Shown here in pieces: positions 18,663 to 28,993 of a DNA stretch of 64,000 nt. The position numbers were made by a program, and so were the translations under genes. Location of the stretch: contig JBHGBC010000002.1 in the NCBI GenBank assembly GCA_041946805.1, forward strand, positions 64,001 to 128,000, given 5' to 3'. This DNA comes from a bacterium (GTDB lineage: Bacteria; Hinthialibacterota; Hinthialibacteria; Hinthialibacterales; Hinthialibacteraceae). The notes beneath the pieces were generated by a model. It had not been told where the DNA came from. It searched no databases and saw only the letters and a program-made list of their open reading frames with translations. The number at the start of each line of letters is the position of its first letter. The first letter of the stretch is position 1.

Positions 18663-20453
18663 TTACTCGGATGGGGTATACACATTCCGGCCGCTATCCA
18701 GCAGAGTGCTGATCGTGGGAGACACGGTGATGTTCACCCCGTGTTTTTCACAGATCCTCTGAATCAACGGAAAATGCTCCGACTGGGTCATCCATTCCCA
18801 GGTGATGAGCAGGTCGGGATGATACACTTCGAACAACGATTCCAGGTCCGGAATCGTCCCGATGATGTTGAATCCGGAGATCGAGGAATAGCGCTTCCAC
18901 TCGATGTCCGTCACGATCCCCAGAATCTTCCAGGCGTCGTTGTTGATCCGCTCCAGGGTGCTGAGCAGGAGTTCGGCCTCGAGGCCCACGCCCAGCAGGA
19001 TCACCCGCCGGGGGGCCGGCTGCGCGGCGGCGTTGAACTGGGGCAGGCACCACAAGAGCGCCATGACCGCCGACAACACCGAGAAGACCACCGTGTCCAG
19101 GATGATGGAAAGACGGGAGTAGTTCGGATCCTGCCGGATCAAGTACACCAGTAGAATCAGGCCCATCCCGATCATGGAAACATGCGTGATACGGAACAGT
19201 TCCCGCCCGAAGAACGAACGCCAGGTCTTGGCCCGGGGAGGCCAGAGAAACAGCGCCAAGGCCGCGCGGATGGCGAAAGTGAACAGGGAGACGGCCCACA
19301 CTTTGGGAATCAAGAGGGCGATGTTCAACTGGCTCAGCCGGATCATGTGCGAGATCCAGAACGAAAAAAAACCGATCAATCCGTACAGCGCCAGTATAAC
19401 TAAATGAGTCAGCGCGCCGCTCAGGGACTGGAAAAATCCGGTGGCCAGAAACGCGTCGTGGATGGCGATGTATCCGATGCGCGCCGCCGTCAGGAAGGCC
19501 GGCAGCAGCAGCGCATCGGTGATGTGGGCGCTCAAGTACAAATCCCGCTCCTCGAAGAACATCAAGACCGTGGTCAACGCCAGCGAGGAATAGAGCGAAG
19601 CCTTGATGAGGGTCAACAAATAGCCGGCGGTGATCGCGGAGGAAATCGGATACCGGTGCAGCCCGAACAGGAAAAACACCGCGGGCCGGATCAACAGGCT
19701 GAGCCAGACCACCTTGCGCAGGCTGGGGAACACGTCGGGCGGTATGCCCATCTGGAACACCAGGTGAAAAGCCAGCACCAGGCTGAATCCCGAGACGATC
19801 GTGTCGGAGAGCAGCATGAACGCGTGGGTCAGATGGACCAGCAGCCATTGCCAGGTGATGGTCTTGGTGAACAATGCTCCGGCGACTCCGATGAAGATCT
19901 TCAGATCGAGCGCCAGGCTCTTCCCCGCGATGTATTCGATCTCGTGGTCCAGTTTTTCCGGCAGGATGTGTTCAACGTAATACTTCTCGTGGTCCACGCA
20001 GCCGGGCGGGTAGAGGTCGGTTTCATGGGGATGCTTGATCTGGCTGTATCCGATCACCCCGGGGCGGACGGAGAGTACCTGTTTCCACTTTTCAGGATAG
20101 AAGGCGGTGAACTTGGGGATCTCGGGACGTGGGCCAATCAGGGCCATGTGCCCGAGGAGGATGTTGACGATCTGGGGCAGCTCGTCCAGCTTGAAGCGTT
20201 CCAGGAACCGGCCGATGCGCGTGAGGCGCACATCATGCCGCGTGGTGATGCCCTTGCCGTCCGGAGGGACGTAGGAAGGCATTTTGCGGAACTTGATCAT
20301 CCAAAAATACCGGCCGTGGATCCCCACACGGCGCTGAAAAAAGAGCGGCCATCCAGGGGAATCCAGCACGATAGCGGCCATCAGCACCAGAAACAGCGGG
20401 CTGAGAAGGAGCAGCGCCAACAACGCCAGTATGAATTCCAACCACCGCGGCAT
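18663..20453 (-). CDS. Monotopic phosphoglycosyltransferase (bacterial sugar transferase) fused N-terminally to TM bundles and a CoA-binding-like domain
   Basis: LLLSP, FFQRRVG, KFRKM, KLDELPQ and GPRPE in the first 200 aa. About eight TM segments follow, then RRVILLGVG...GFNIIGTIPDL. Confidence 0.85.
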   Translation of the reverse strand: MPRWLEFILALLALLLLSPLFLVLMAAIVLDSPGWPLFFQRRVGIHGRYFWMIKFRKMPSYVPPDGKGITTRHDVRLTRIGRFLERFKLDELPQIVNILLGHMALIGPRPEIPKFTAFYPEKWKQVLSVRPGVIGYSQIKHPHETDLYPPGCVDHEKYYVEHILPEKLDHEIEYIAGKSLALDLKIFIGVAGALFTKTITWQWLLVHLTHAFMLLSDTIVSGFSLVLAFHLVFQMGIPPDVFPSLRKVVWLSLLIRPAVFFLFGLHRYPISSAITAGYLLTLIKASLYSSLALTTVLMFFEERDLYLSAHITDALLLPAFLTAARIGYIAIHDAFLATGFFQSLSGALTHLVILALYGLIGFFSFWISHMIRLSQLNIALLIPKVWAVSLFTFAIRAALALFLWPPRAKTWRSFFGRELFRITHVSMIGMGLILLVYLIRQDPNYSRLSIILDTVVFSVLSAVMALLWCLPQFNAAAQPAPRRVILLGVGLEAELLLSTLERINNDAWKILGIVTDIEWKRYSSISGFNIIGTIPDLESLFEVYHPDLLITWEWMTQSEHFPLIQRICEKHGVNITVSPTISTLLDSGRNVYTPSE

Positions 20454-20635
20454 AACGAATGTCTACCCAAATCGGTCCTGCATCAACAACCTGCCCTCGC
20501 CGGTCGATCGCCTGATCCGCGTTTCCTTGCGCAGTACCCATCCATCTCTATCATACCGTATTTTCGGCGGACCGTCTGGATTCATTGAGACTAGGCCGGG
20601 TGGATTGAGCCTCGCGAAATCCACCCCATCGCCAG

Positions 20636-21928
20636 TCACCCCCTCCCCGCCTTCCCGGACGCGATCCCGGCGGCGGAGCAGACCATCGCCAGGGTGGTCA
20701 AGCCGTCGGTGGCGACAGTCATCCAGGCGGCCCCAATGAAGCCCCAGGCGGGGATCAGTATGGCATTGCCGGTGATGTTGATCAACAGTCCGGCCAGATT
20801 GATGCCCATATAGTGGCGGATGCCCCGCCGTTCCTCGTTGACCAGAAAATAGCCGAAGGCGTTGCCCAGAAAAGTGATGGGCAGGGTCCAGGCCATCACT
20901 TGCAGGGCATGGGTGGTCTGCTGGTACGCATCCGGATAGAGCCAAGCCGTGATCCGGCCGCTTTCGGCCTGTAACAACAAGGCCAGGAACAATCCCAGGG
21001 CGCCCAGCAGCAGCCCGACGGCCGCGACGAAGCGGAAGGCCGCCGGGCGGGAGCGGTTGATCCGGCGGCTGATGGTGGGAGCCAGGGCCTGGTAGACGGA
21101 GAGGAAAATCATGCTCAGAAGGCCGGCCAGCCGGAACGCCCCGCTGTAGTAGGCGATCGAGGAGACTGGGCCAAGCCATTCCAGCATGATCATGTCGATC
21201 CGGGCGTATAAAATGAAAAAAACGGAACCCAGCGTCAGGGGGTAAAAATCGCGCGCCAGTTCGGCCAGGGACATGGGCGCGGCCGGCGCGCCGGGGGGCA
21301 TCGCCGCGTAAATCCGCCGGACGCGCCGGACATACAAGACATGGTTAAGCACCCAGCGCAAAAGCAGGACCAGCGAAGCACCGGCCAGCGGGAACGGGAG
21401 ATACAGCACCAGCGCCGCGCCCAGCCCCAGCACCGCTAGGTTGCACAGCACGTTGACGCTCATCGCCCACTGCACCTGGTTGAGCGAGATGAAAAGCGAC
21501 TCGTACACGCTGCAGGTGCTTTGAAAATAGATCGCGGCGCAGAACATCCCCAGCACGCCGGCGCGGGTGAAAGTGAAGGATTCGAGGATGACCGCGGCGA
21601 AGAGCAGCGTGGCCGCCACGAGGACGATCTGGTCCAGCAGAGCCATCACCCCCGGCCCCTGATCGCGCCACCATTCCTGGCGGCGGGAGTTCTCACGCAG
21701 GACGATCAGGGCCAAGCCGGGAACCGCCACGCCGGCCCCGATCTCCAGGCAGGCGCGTCCCAGCTCGAACAGGCCGAGTTCGTCGGATGTGAACGTGTTG
21801 ATCAGCAACAGGAAAAAAAGGAATTGCACCGCCCCGTTCGCGATCTTTTGTCCCGCGATGAAGGCGCTGTTGCTCAAGACACGGAAAATTTCTTTCATAT
21901 CGAGAAGGCCGCGCGGGGCCCTGGACAC
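20636..21928 (-). CDS. wzx: Wzx-like oligosaccharide flippase
   Basis: About 12 TM segments, YARIDMIML, AYYSGAFRL and LIPAWGFIGAAW. Alternative start 21898. Confidence 0.85.
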   Translation of the reverse strand: MSRAPRGLLDMKEIFRVLSNSAFIAGQKIANGAVQFLFFLLLINTFTSDELGLFELGRACLEIGAGVAVPGLALIVLRENSRRQEWWRDQGPGVMALLDQIVLVAATLLFAAVILESFTFTRAGVLGMFCAAIYFQSTCSVYESLFISLNQVQWAMSVNVLCNLAVLGLGAALVLYLPFPLAGASLVLLLRWVLNHVLYVRRVRRIYAAMPPGAPAAPMSLAELARDFYPLTLGSVFFILYARIDMIMLEWLGPVSSIAYYSGAFRLAGLLSMIFLSVYQALAPTISRRINRSRPAAFRFVAAVGLLLGALGLFLALLLQAESGRITAWLYPDAYQQTTHALQVMAWTLPITFLGNAFGYFLVNEERRGIRHYMGINLAGLLINITGNAILIPAWGFIGAAWMTVATDGLTTLAMVCSAAGIASGKAGRG

Positions 21929-21940
21929 TTCCCTGCCGGA

Positions 21941-22651
21941 TCAAGCCGGGGGCCAATATCGGTCCCGGTGGGCCTCGAATTCCTCGATGGCGAGGTTCAG
22001 TTCATCCGGGGTTCCCATGTCGAGCCAATGGCCCGTAAAGGGGTAGACCGCAACCCGTTCGCCGGCCGCCAACAGGCGGTGCATCAGGTGATCGAAGCCG
22101 AACGGTTCGCCGCGGGGAATGTAGTCGAGGATCCGCGGCTCGAAGATGTAGACGCCCATGCTCACGTCGTAGTCGAACTCGGGTTTCTCCTGGAATCCGG
22201 TGATCCGCCGGTCCGCGCCGTAAGTGATCACTCCCAGCGCCAGGCGGACATGCCGCTTGCAGGTCCCCACCGTGGCGATCGCGCCGCCGCGGCGGTGGGT
22301 TTCATACAGATCGCGGTAATCGAGATCGGTCAACAGGTCGCCGTTCATGACCAGGAACGATTCATTCAGGCCGGAAATCAGGGTCAGGGGTGCGATGGTA
22401 TTGAGGGGTTTGTCCTCCAACGAATAATCGACGCGGATGCCCAGGCGGGAGCCGTCGCCCATCACGGCCATGATCAGTTCCGCGTGGTAGCCGACCGAGA
22501 TGGTGATGTGATCGAAGCCCCGCCAGGCCAGCTGGCGGATGACGACTTCCAGGATGGGCTTATCCCCCAGGGGAACGAGGGGCTTGGGCAGGACCAGGGT
22601 GTAGGGAAAGAGGCGCTGGCCCCGGCCGCCCGCCATGATGATCGCGCGCAT
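21941..22651 (-). CDS. Sugar-phosphate nucleotidyltransferase
   Basis: AIIMAGGRGQRLFPYT..PKPL, VMNGDLLTD, FQEKP and WLDMGTP. Confidence 0.92.
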   Translation of the reverse strand: MRAIIMAGGRGQRLFPYTLVLPKPLVPLGDKPILEVVIRQLAWRGFDHITISVGYHAELIMAVMGDGSRLGIRVDYSLEDKPLNTIAPLTLISGLNESFLVMNGDLLTDLDYRDLYETHRRGGAIATVGTCKRHVRLALGVITYGADRRITGFQEKPEFDYDVSMGVYIFEPRILDYIPRGEPFGFDHLMHRLLAAGERVAVYPFTGHWLDMGTPDELNLAIEEFEAHRDRYWPPA

Positions 22652-23094
22652 GAATCCCGCTTCCTTTCACGAGGTATGATACGTTCTTGGTTCCCTCCAC
22701 CACCGGTCGGATTTGCCCAAAGGCCCAGCCAAGAACGGGTGAAGTATAAGGGCCGGGCGGGGATAAATCCACCCGGAGCGATGGCAGAGGAGGAATCACC
22801 ACCCGGGTATGGAAAGTTGTCTGTATCTGAATGGCCGGCGAGAAGCGCGGAGATTCCTAACGAATTCCTCCCCGAGGGGAATCCATGTGTATAGACATGG
22901 ATTTTAACCTGCGGTAAAAAAAACCTTACCAGCAATGTGTTGATCATCCCACGATTGATAAGACTGATTTGTAAATTAATTTTCTGTAAAAAATCACTTG
23001 ACAATTCCTAGAACCGGATGGGGAAATAAAAAGGAGAGGAATTGAAATAGGGGTGCTGGATAGATTCAAAGCGGGTACGCCAAGGAGGTTCCTG

Positions 23095-24081
23095 ATGAGC
23101 AATAAACAACTCCCGCTCTTGATGATTGAATTGGAAGGGCCGGGTATCGGGCCGGGACGCATGACCGTGTCGCAACTACTCTGTTTGCTGGAAAACTTTG
23201 GCAAAGTACTGTTACGAACCGGCCAGGTTCTCGCCGGGGAGAGCCATAGCACCCGCAAAGGCCCCAAAACCAAGCGGCTCAAGGAATCGATTGACCTCCA
23301 ACTCGTTCAACTGACACATGGCAGCCCTACGACCGTGCTTGGTTTCGATCGTGGAGTGCAGATCGATTTTCCAGAAATGGATGATGGTGAATATATTCTT
23401 GAAACCACGCTCCAAGGACTCACCGCAATTCAAAATCCGGATCATCCCTTACCTGCCGGTGTGGACCGGGGAGTTTTACTCGCTTGGCGAGAGTTAGGCC
23501 TCCTCTTTCGCAAAAGATGCAATCGAATTTTATTTTCTCTAAATAACCGCGCAATTCCGTTACGGATTAAATATACCCCCGCGGGATTCGAACAGATTCA
23601 GAAGCGTATTCGAGGTCCCGAACTCAACCTTCGTACAGTCGAGGGCAGGCTTTTGATGACGGATTTCAAAGAATACGGCACCCGTTGCCGGATTCACCCT
23701 CCGATCGGCGATCCCATTATTTGCCTGTTTGATGAAGACCAGAAAGAGGCCGTTTTGGAAAATATTCTCCAATATGTGCGGATCGAGGGAGAAGCCCAAG
23801 AAGACTCGATTTCCAGAAAAATTACAAATATAAAGATCCGCGATATTGAAAGAATAGAGGATATGGAGGTCGATGAGAAAAACATCCCAACGGGTGAACC
23901 CTTACCGTTCGATTTCTGGAAATCCTGGACGATCGAAGAACTCGCGGAAGCGCAAGGAGTCATTCCCGTTACGGATGTGACAGCCCTTTTGGGAACATGG
24001 CCCGGGGAAGTGGACGATGGTTTTGAGGAATTTATCCAAGACTTGAGGCGGCAAAATTCGATTGGAGAAAATAACCCGTAA
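23095..24081 (+). CDS. Uncharacterised 328-aa protein: N-terminal alpha/beta domain, putative OB-fold, antitoxin-like C-terminal tail; coupled to a PIN toxin
   Basis: AAGGAGGT RBS before ATG 23095. AT-richer than flanks. TAATG overlap with the PIN gene. Confidence 0.75.
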   Translation: MSNKQLPLLMIELEGPGIGPGRMTVSQLLCLLENFGKVLLRTGQVLAGESHSTRKGPKTKRLKESIDLQLVQLTHGSPTTVLGFDRGVQIDFPEMDDGEYILETTLQGLTAIQNPDHPLPAGVDRGVLLAWRELGLLFRKRCNRILFSLNNRAIPLRIKYTPAGFEQIQKRIRGPELNLRTVEGRLLMTDFKEYGTRCRIHPPIGDPIICLFDEDQKEAVLENILQYVRIEGEAQEDSISRKITNIKIRDIERIEDMEVDEKNIPTGEPLPFDFWKSWTIEELAEAQGVIPVTDVTALLGTWPGEVDDGFEEFIQDLRRQNSIGENNP

Positions 24082-24481
24082 TGGTAGCGAAACTCATCTT
24101 GGATACCAACATTGTATCGTACCTCATGAAGAGGCACTCTTTCGGTCAAAAATATTTGCCACACCTCTTGGGTAAGCTTTTGGCGATCAGCTTCATCACG
24201 GTGGGGGAACTTTATGTCGGGGCGGAAAAAGACAAATGGGGAGAAAGAAAGCGCCTTCATCTCCAGCCATGCTCAAAAACTATGTGGTGATTCCTTATGA
24301 TGATGGCATCGCGAAGGAGTTTGCGCGAATTTTTGTCAATCGGATGCGGTTGGGTAAGCCCATTTCATTTTCAGACGCCTGGATATCGGCCTGTGCTGTA
24401 CGGCATGATGTACCTTTGGTTACACACAATGCGATACACTTTGAGTCCATACCAGGATTACGGATTATTACTGAGCCATAA
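24081..24481 (+). pseudogene. vapC: VapC/PIN-domain toxin split by a 1-nt deletion near 24266
   Basis: N-half LILDTNIVSYL..ITVGELYVG, C-half SFSDAWISACAV..LVTHNAIHF. 401 nt, i.e. 133 aa if one base is restored. Confidence 0.85.
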
Positions 24482-24613
24482 AGCTCAAGCTCATGAACTG
24501 TTCACTTGAATGAAGTCCATAACGCTACTGAAAGAAATATGGCATTGAAAATCGGACTATCTAAATTTCCTACCTCTTTTTAGCCCGATTATCGAATTGC
24601 ATTTAAGAAAATT

Positions 24614-25771
24614 TCACCGCGGCTCCAGCCGGTCCTTCCCTCCCGTCAGCCATTCCAGGGTCAGGCGGGCGAAGGTGATCGTTTCGTACGGGCTTTCGTC
24701 TCCCCGTTCGTAGAGGCAGCCGATCGTCCCATCCGGCAGCACCACCAGGTCCGAGTAGGCGGCGGGGCCGGGGTGGATCATCCGCGCCACGGGCCAGGTC
24801 TCGCCCTCGTCATAGCTGAGACGGATCGTCAGTTTTTCCCGCTCCGTGCTGGCGGGATTGGAAAACAGGATCCGGCTTCGGTGAAAATCCCGGGACGAGG
24901 TGTAGCGGATCACGGAGGCCTGGCAGACCGGCTCGATCAAGGCGGGATCTTCGCGCGCCGGCGTCCAGGTCATCCCGCCGTCCCGGCTGTGAGAAACCTG
25001 GCGGCGGTGGGTGCTTTTGTATCCCCGCATGTTCAAATAGAGCGAGCCGTCATCTCTTTCCAGCACCGTGGATTCGTTGGTGAAGCCGCCAGGCACCGTC
25101 CCTCCAATCCGCCAGCCGGCTCCCCGGTCGTCGCTGTAAAAAATGTGGGAATACCACTGGAAGAAATCCGGCCCGGTGGAATGGTCGCCGGGGATCACCA
25201 GCCGGCCGCCGCGCGTTTGGATCCCATGGCAGGGACCCGTGGCGTACCAGCGCCAGTCCGTTTTTTTGACGTATTGCGTGATTTCCACCGGTTCGGCCCA
25301 GGTGGCGCCGTCATCCCGGCTGAAGGTGATCCACGCGGTACGGGAGCCTTGGCCCCGGTGGATGGCGCTCTCCTCGATATCGCCGCCGTTCTTGGTGAAG
25401 GGCAGCCAGATCGTGCCCGATTCGCGGTCCACCACGGGCGCGGGATTGCCGCACGTGTTGCCGCCGTCGTCCACCAGGATTTGCAGGGGGAGCCAGGTTT
25501 TCCCCTGGTCGCGGCTGCGTTTGAGCACCAGGTCGATGTTCCCCGAGTCGCCCCGCCCCGCTTTCCGGCCCTCGCCGAACGCGAGGAGGGTCCCTTGGTT
25601 CGAGACCACCACGGCGGGGATCCGGTAGGTATCGTAACCGTCCAAGCCCGAGACGTAGACTGGTTTTTGGCGGATCCAACTGTCTTGGGGATTCGATTCG
25701 CCCGGCCGACTGCTGCTTCCGGCAAGAAATAAGAAAACAAGTGGAATCCCGAGTGATTTCATTACGCTCAT
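24614..25771 (-). CDS. Exo-alpha-sialidase (GH33)
   Basis: YRIP motif, several Asp boxes (SRDQGKTW, SRDDGATW, SDDRGAGW, SRDGGMTW, SYDEGETW) and AYS catalytic Tyr region. Confidence 0.9.
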   Translation of the reverse strand: MSVMKSLGIPLVFLFLAGSSSRPGESNPQDSWIRQKPVYVSGLDGYDTYRIPAVVVSNQGTLLAFGEGRKAGRGDSGNIDLVLKRSRDQGKTWLPLQILVDDGGNTCGNPAPVVDRESGTIWLPFTKNGGDIEESAIHRGQGSRTAWITFSRDDGATWAEPVEITQYVKKTDWRWYATGPCHGIQTRGGRLVIPGDHSTGPDFFQWYSHIFYSDDRGAGWRIGGTVPGGFTNESTVLERDDGSLYLNMRGYKSTHRRQVSHSRDGGMTWTPAREDPALIEPVCQASVIRYTSSRDFHRSRILFSNPASTEREKLTIRLSYDEGETWPVARMIHPGPAAYSDLVVLPDGTIGCLYERGDESPYETITFARLTLEWLTGGKDRLEPR

Positions 25772-26651
25772 GATCAAATGTTTCACCCCTGTTTCAAAAG
25801 ATGCATCCATGATACGGCTGGAAAGGCCGGCAAGGCAACATGGTTCTGCCGAGTTTTTCCAACACCGATCCAATACCCCTCCAATACCCCAAACGGAGCG
25901 GATTCATCGATTGCACAAAACACCCATATGGCGCCCTTTCCGGGTCTCCCTCGACTTGATCCTCTCAGAGGGTGAGGGGAATTGTCAGCGGGAGGCCATG
26001 GAGTGGCCGGATTGAACCACGGATGACACGGAGGGGGCATATGGATTTCAAAGAAAAAAGAGATTCGGAAAGGACGTTCTGGTCCGGGGCCGCCCAGGAT
26101 TTGGCAAGGATTTGCGTAAGGATTTTGTTCAGGTTTGTATCGCGCCCCGGGTCGAAATCCTCAATTGAGGAAAGCGTCATTCATCGGGTTCGCGTGGTAT
26201 AAGAACCAGGGTTGCATGGCCGTAACCGTACGGTAACCGCGGTGGCGAAGGCACGTTGCCCCGAGGGGAACGGATAAGCCGATTCCGCACCTTGAAACGG
26301 CGCGGCTGCCACCCCATCGCGATCCTCGCGGCCGCCGTCCGGGAATTCGTCCGCACCGGACAACGGCCGCCCTTCCCGCCGGTCATCAATTCAGAAGGGC
26401 GGCCAATTGCGAAATATTCAACCCTGCACTATGCAGTTCATCCCTAAAAAATGCAATTCATCACAAATTATTTCTCATTTACTTGAATTAGAATTATATC
26501 ACTTTAAAATAAATCCCAGACGGTTGGAGAAGGGAGGATGAATCGGGAACCAATCTACGGATCTAACTTACGGCTCAACCAATATTCAATGTGGATTGGA
26601 CTATGAATACCCTGCTAAATTAAAACAGTTCTCGTGCCGAAAGGAAGAACC

Positions 26652-27656
26652 ATGGATAATAAGCAAACCCGGCGGCATTTCATAAAAACCAGCGGTATCG
26701 CTTTGGGGACAGTTGCCTTGAACAGCTGGATAATTCCCGGTAATCCTGTCCCGGCGGCGGAGAGTAAAATCCCGGTATATTTCACTAGCAATATCAGCGC
26801 AAAGGGATTGCAAAATATTTATTCCAAACTGGAGCGAAACCGGAAATTGCCCGGAAAAACCGCAGTCAAAATACATTCCGGTGAACCTGGCGGTCAACAT
26901 TTTCTTTCTGCCAATCTGATCAAGGAATTGGTCCGATCGCTTAACGGCACTATCGTTGAATGCAATACCGCTTACCGCGGCAAGCGCTACGAAACAGCGA
27001 GTCATAAAAAGGTAATGCAAGACCACGGTTTGGCTGAAATTGCGCCCGTGGATATTCTGGATGAAGAGGGATCGATCAGTTTGCCAATCCCGAAAGGTCA
27101 AAACATACAGGAGAATTTTGTCGGATCTCATTTTACGAAATACGATTCATTCCTGATCCTGTCCCATTTCAAGGGCCACGCCATGGCGGGATTCGGCGGC
27201 GCGATCAAAAACATGTCGATCGGAATCGCTTCCGCCGAGGGGAAATTATGGATTCACACCGCCGGGTCTACCAAGAATCTAGATAATTTCTTTGATGCCT
27301 TTCGGACGAAACAGGATCTATTTCTGGAATCGATGGCCGAAGCCGCCGGATCGGTGATCACCAAACTTGATCATAACCTGCTGTATATCAATGTAATGAA
27401 TAATCTCTCCGTGGACTGTGACTGTAGCAACAGACCCGCCCCGCCGGAGCTCGAGGATATAGGCATTCTGGCTTCCCTGGATCCGGTGGCGCTGGATAAG
27501 GCTTGCGTCGATTTGGTCTATGCCGCAGACAAAGGCAAGAATGCCGCTCTACGAGAACGCATCGAATCCCGAAACGGCATCCATGCCCTGGATCACGCCG
27601 AGAAAATGGGCCTGGGCAGCCAGGAATATGTTTTGGAAAAAATTGATGTTTCTTGA
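26652..27656 (+). CDS. DUF362 family Fe-S protein with Tat signal
   Basis: TRRHFIK Tat motif, AVKIHSGE, SHFKGHAMAGFGGAIKN, DCDC and DPVALDKAC. Confidence 0.85.
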   Translation: MDNKQTRRHFIKTSGIALGTVALNSWIIPGNPVPAAESKIPVYFTSNISAKGLQNIYSKLERNRKLPGKTAVKIHSGEPGGQHFLSANLIKELVRSLNGTIVECNTAYRGKRYETASHKKVMQDHGLAEIAPVDILDEEGSISLPIPKGQNIQENFVGSHFTKYDSFLILSHFKGHAMAGFGGAIKNMSIGIASAEGKLWIHTAGSTKNLDNFFDAFRTKQDLFLESMAEAAGSVITKLDHNLLYINVMNNLSVDCDCSNRPAPPELEDIGILASLDPVALDKACVDLVYAADKGKNAALRERIESRNGIHALDHAEKMGLGSQEYVLEKIDVS

Positions 27657-28009
27657 GGATATCAATCCGATCCAGCTATCCAGTTCCCGCCGCGGAAAGG
27701 AACAAAAGATTCATCCGGGAAGCGCGCGCATCATGAGGAAAATCGATTCCCTTCACTCCGGTCTGAGGGCGGACACCCAGATCCGTCCCAACAAAAATAC
27801 CCTCCTCCTGGCCCTCGCCCAGAAGGAGCGGAAATTCAGGGGGCGGTTTTCATCGCTCCTTTCGAAGCGATGCGGTCCGGCGATCTAAATAAAGTATGCG
27901 CTTGCCGGATGAGCCATCATTACTCCTGCCGTACCATCAAAATCCTACCGTATGGCGATGGGATTTTTGAATTGTCTCTCAATAATCCAACGGCAGGTTT
28001 GATTTTCCC

Positions 28010-28993
28010 TTACTTCTTGGGACGGTTATGCGAGGAGGGCAGTGCGTGCGACGAGGGCCACGCCTGGGACGAGGGCCACTGCTCGGTGGTGATGTTCCAC
28101 GGCACGCGCGCCCGCTGCCGCAGTACGTGGGCGGTCACGCCGGCGGACGATCCGCCCCCCGCGGCGAAATCCAGTCCCCCCGCATGCTGCAGGACGTCCT
28201 GGAATTCCTCGCTGACCATGGACCAATGTTCGTCGGTGACCGTGCTTGGCTCCCGCGGGGGCAGGGTCACCCGGTTGGATCGGGCCAACGAACGGAACTT
28301 GCCTTCCGGCCCCTTGAGCCCCAACTCGAATTCGTACGTTTGGCTGTGCGCCAGATTCAGATACCAGTTGTGCGCGTCCAGGAGGATCGGCACATCCTGG
28401 ATAACCCGGCCGCTCTCGTCGTACACCAGCAGGCAGGGATCGGCGATGTCGAAAAACCACTCGCCTTCCTCGGCGCGGATGCTGTTGCGGGTCTCTTCCG
28501 ATATCTCCCAGTACAAGCAGACCCAATGCGGATCCCTCGGCATGGCGCGCAGCACGGTCACTCCATATTGGCCGGGCAGTTCAGGGCCTTCCTCGCCCTC
28601 CCACACCGGCGCGGGTTCGGCCACGGGGGCGGCGGGGGCGGGAGCGGGGACGCCCGATGTGACGGAGGCCGTTTCCAATGCGGTTTGCGGGGCCGGCGCG
28701 GGACGCGCCGGCGGAGCCGTCACCACCTCGTTTGTCTCGGATTTCGCCGCGGCCGAGGGAATCTTTTCCAAGAGCGCGGCTTTCCTGGCCGGATCGGATT
28801 TCATGAATTGCTCCATAATCGGCTTGGTTTCCTCCGGTTTTTCGGATAAGGCATCGACCAGGTCCTGCTTCGACATGGTGCTTCGTCCCGTGATACCCAT
28901 GGATTGCGCGATCCGGTAAAGGGCCGATTTGGTCAATTCGGCCAATTCCTGGAAAAGGGAATTGGAATGCGGGGGATTAGGAGTCGCAGTCAT
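28010..28993 (-). CDS. DUF4912 domain protein with N-terminal Rho-N-like motif
   Basis: LYRIAQSMGITGRSTMSKQDLVDAL, LPGQYG, MPRDPHWVCLYWEI and LARSNRVTLP. Ser-rich tail. Confidence 0.85.
   Translation of the reverse strand: MTATPNPPHSNSLFQELAELTKSALYRIAQSMGITGRSTMSKQDLVDALSEKPEETKPIMEQFMKSDPARKAALLEKIPSAAAKSETNEVVTAPPARPAPAPQTALETASVTSGVPAPAPAAPVAEPAPVWEGEEGPELPGQYGVTVLRAMPRDPHWVCLYWEISEETRNSIRAEEGEWFFDIADPCLLVYDESGRVIQDVPILLDAHNWYLNLAHSQTYEFELGLKGPEGKFRSLARSNRVTLPPREPSTVTDEHWSMVSEEFQDVLQHAGGLDFAAGGGSSAGVTAHVLRQRARVPWNITTEQWPSSQAWPSSHALPSSHNRPKK

Noticed and set aside
24266..24290. Programmed -1 frameshift in vapC
   Set aside because: No X XXY YYZ heptamer in frame and no evident stimulatory structure. 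A simple deletion gives the more native-looking sequence.
27870..28919. 349-aa and 273-aa plus-strand ORFs
   Set aside because: Antisense to the motif-supported DUF4912 gene.
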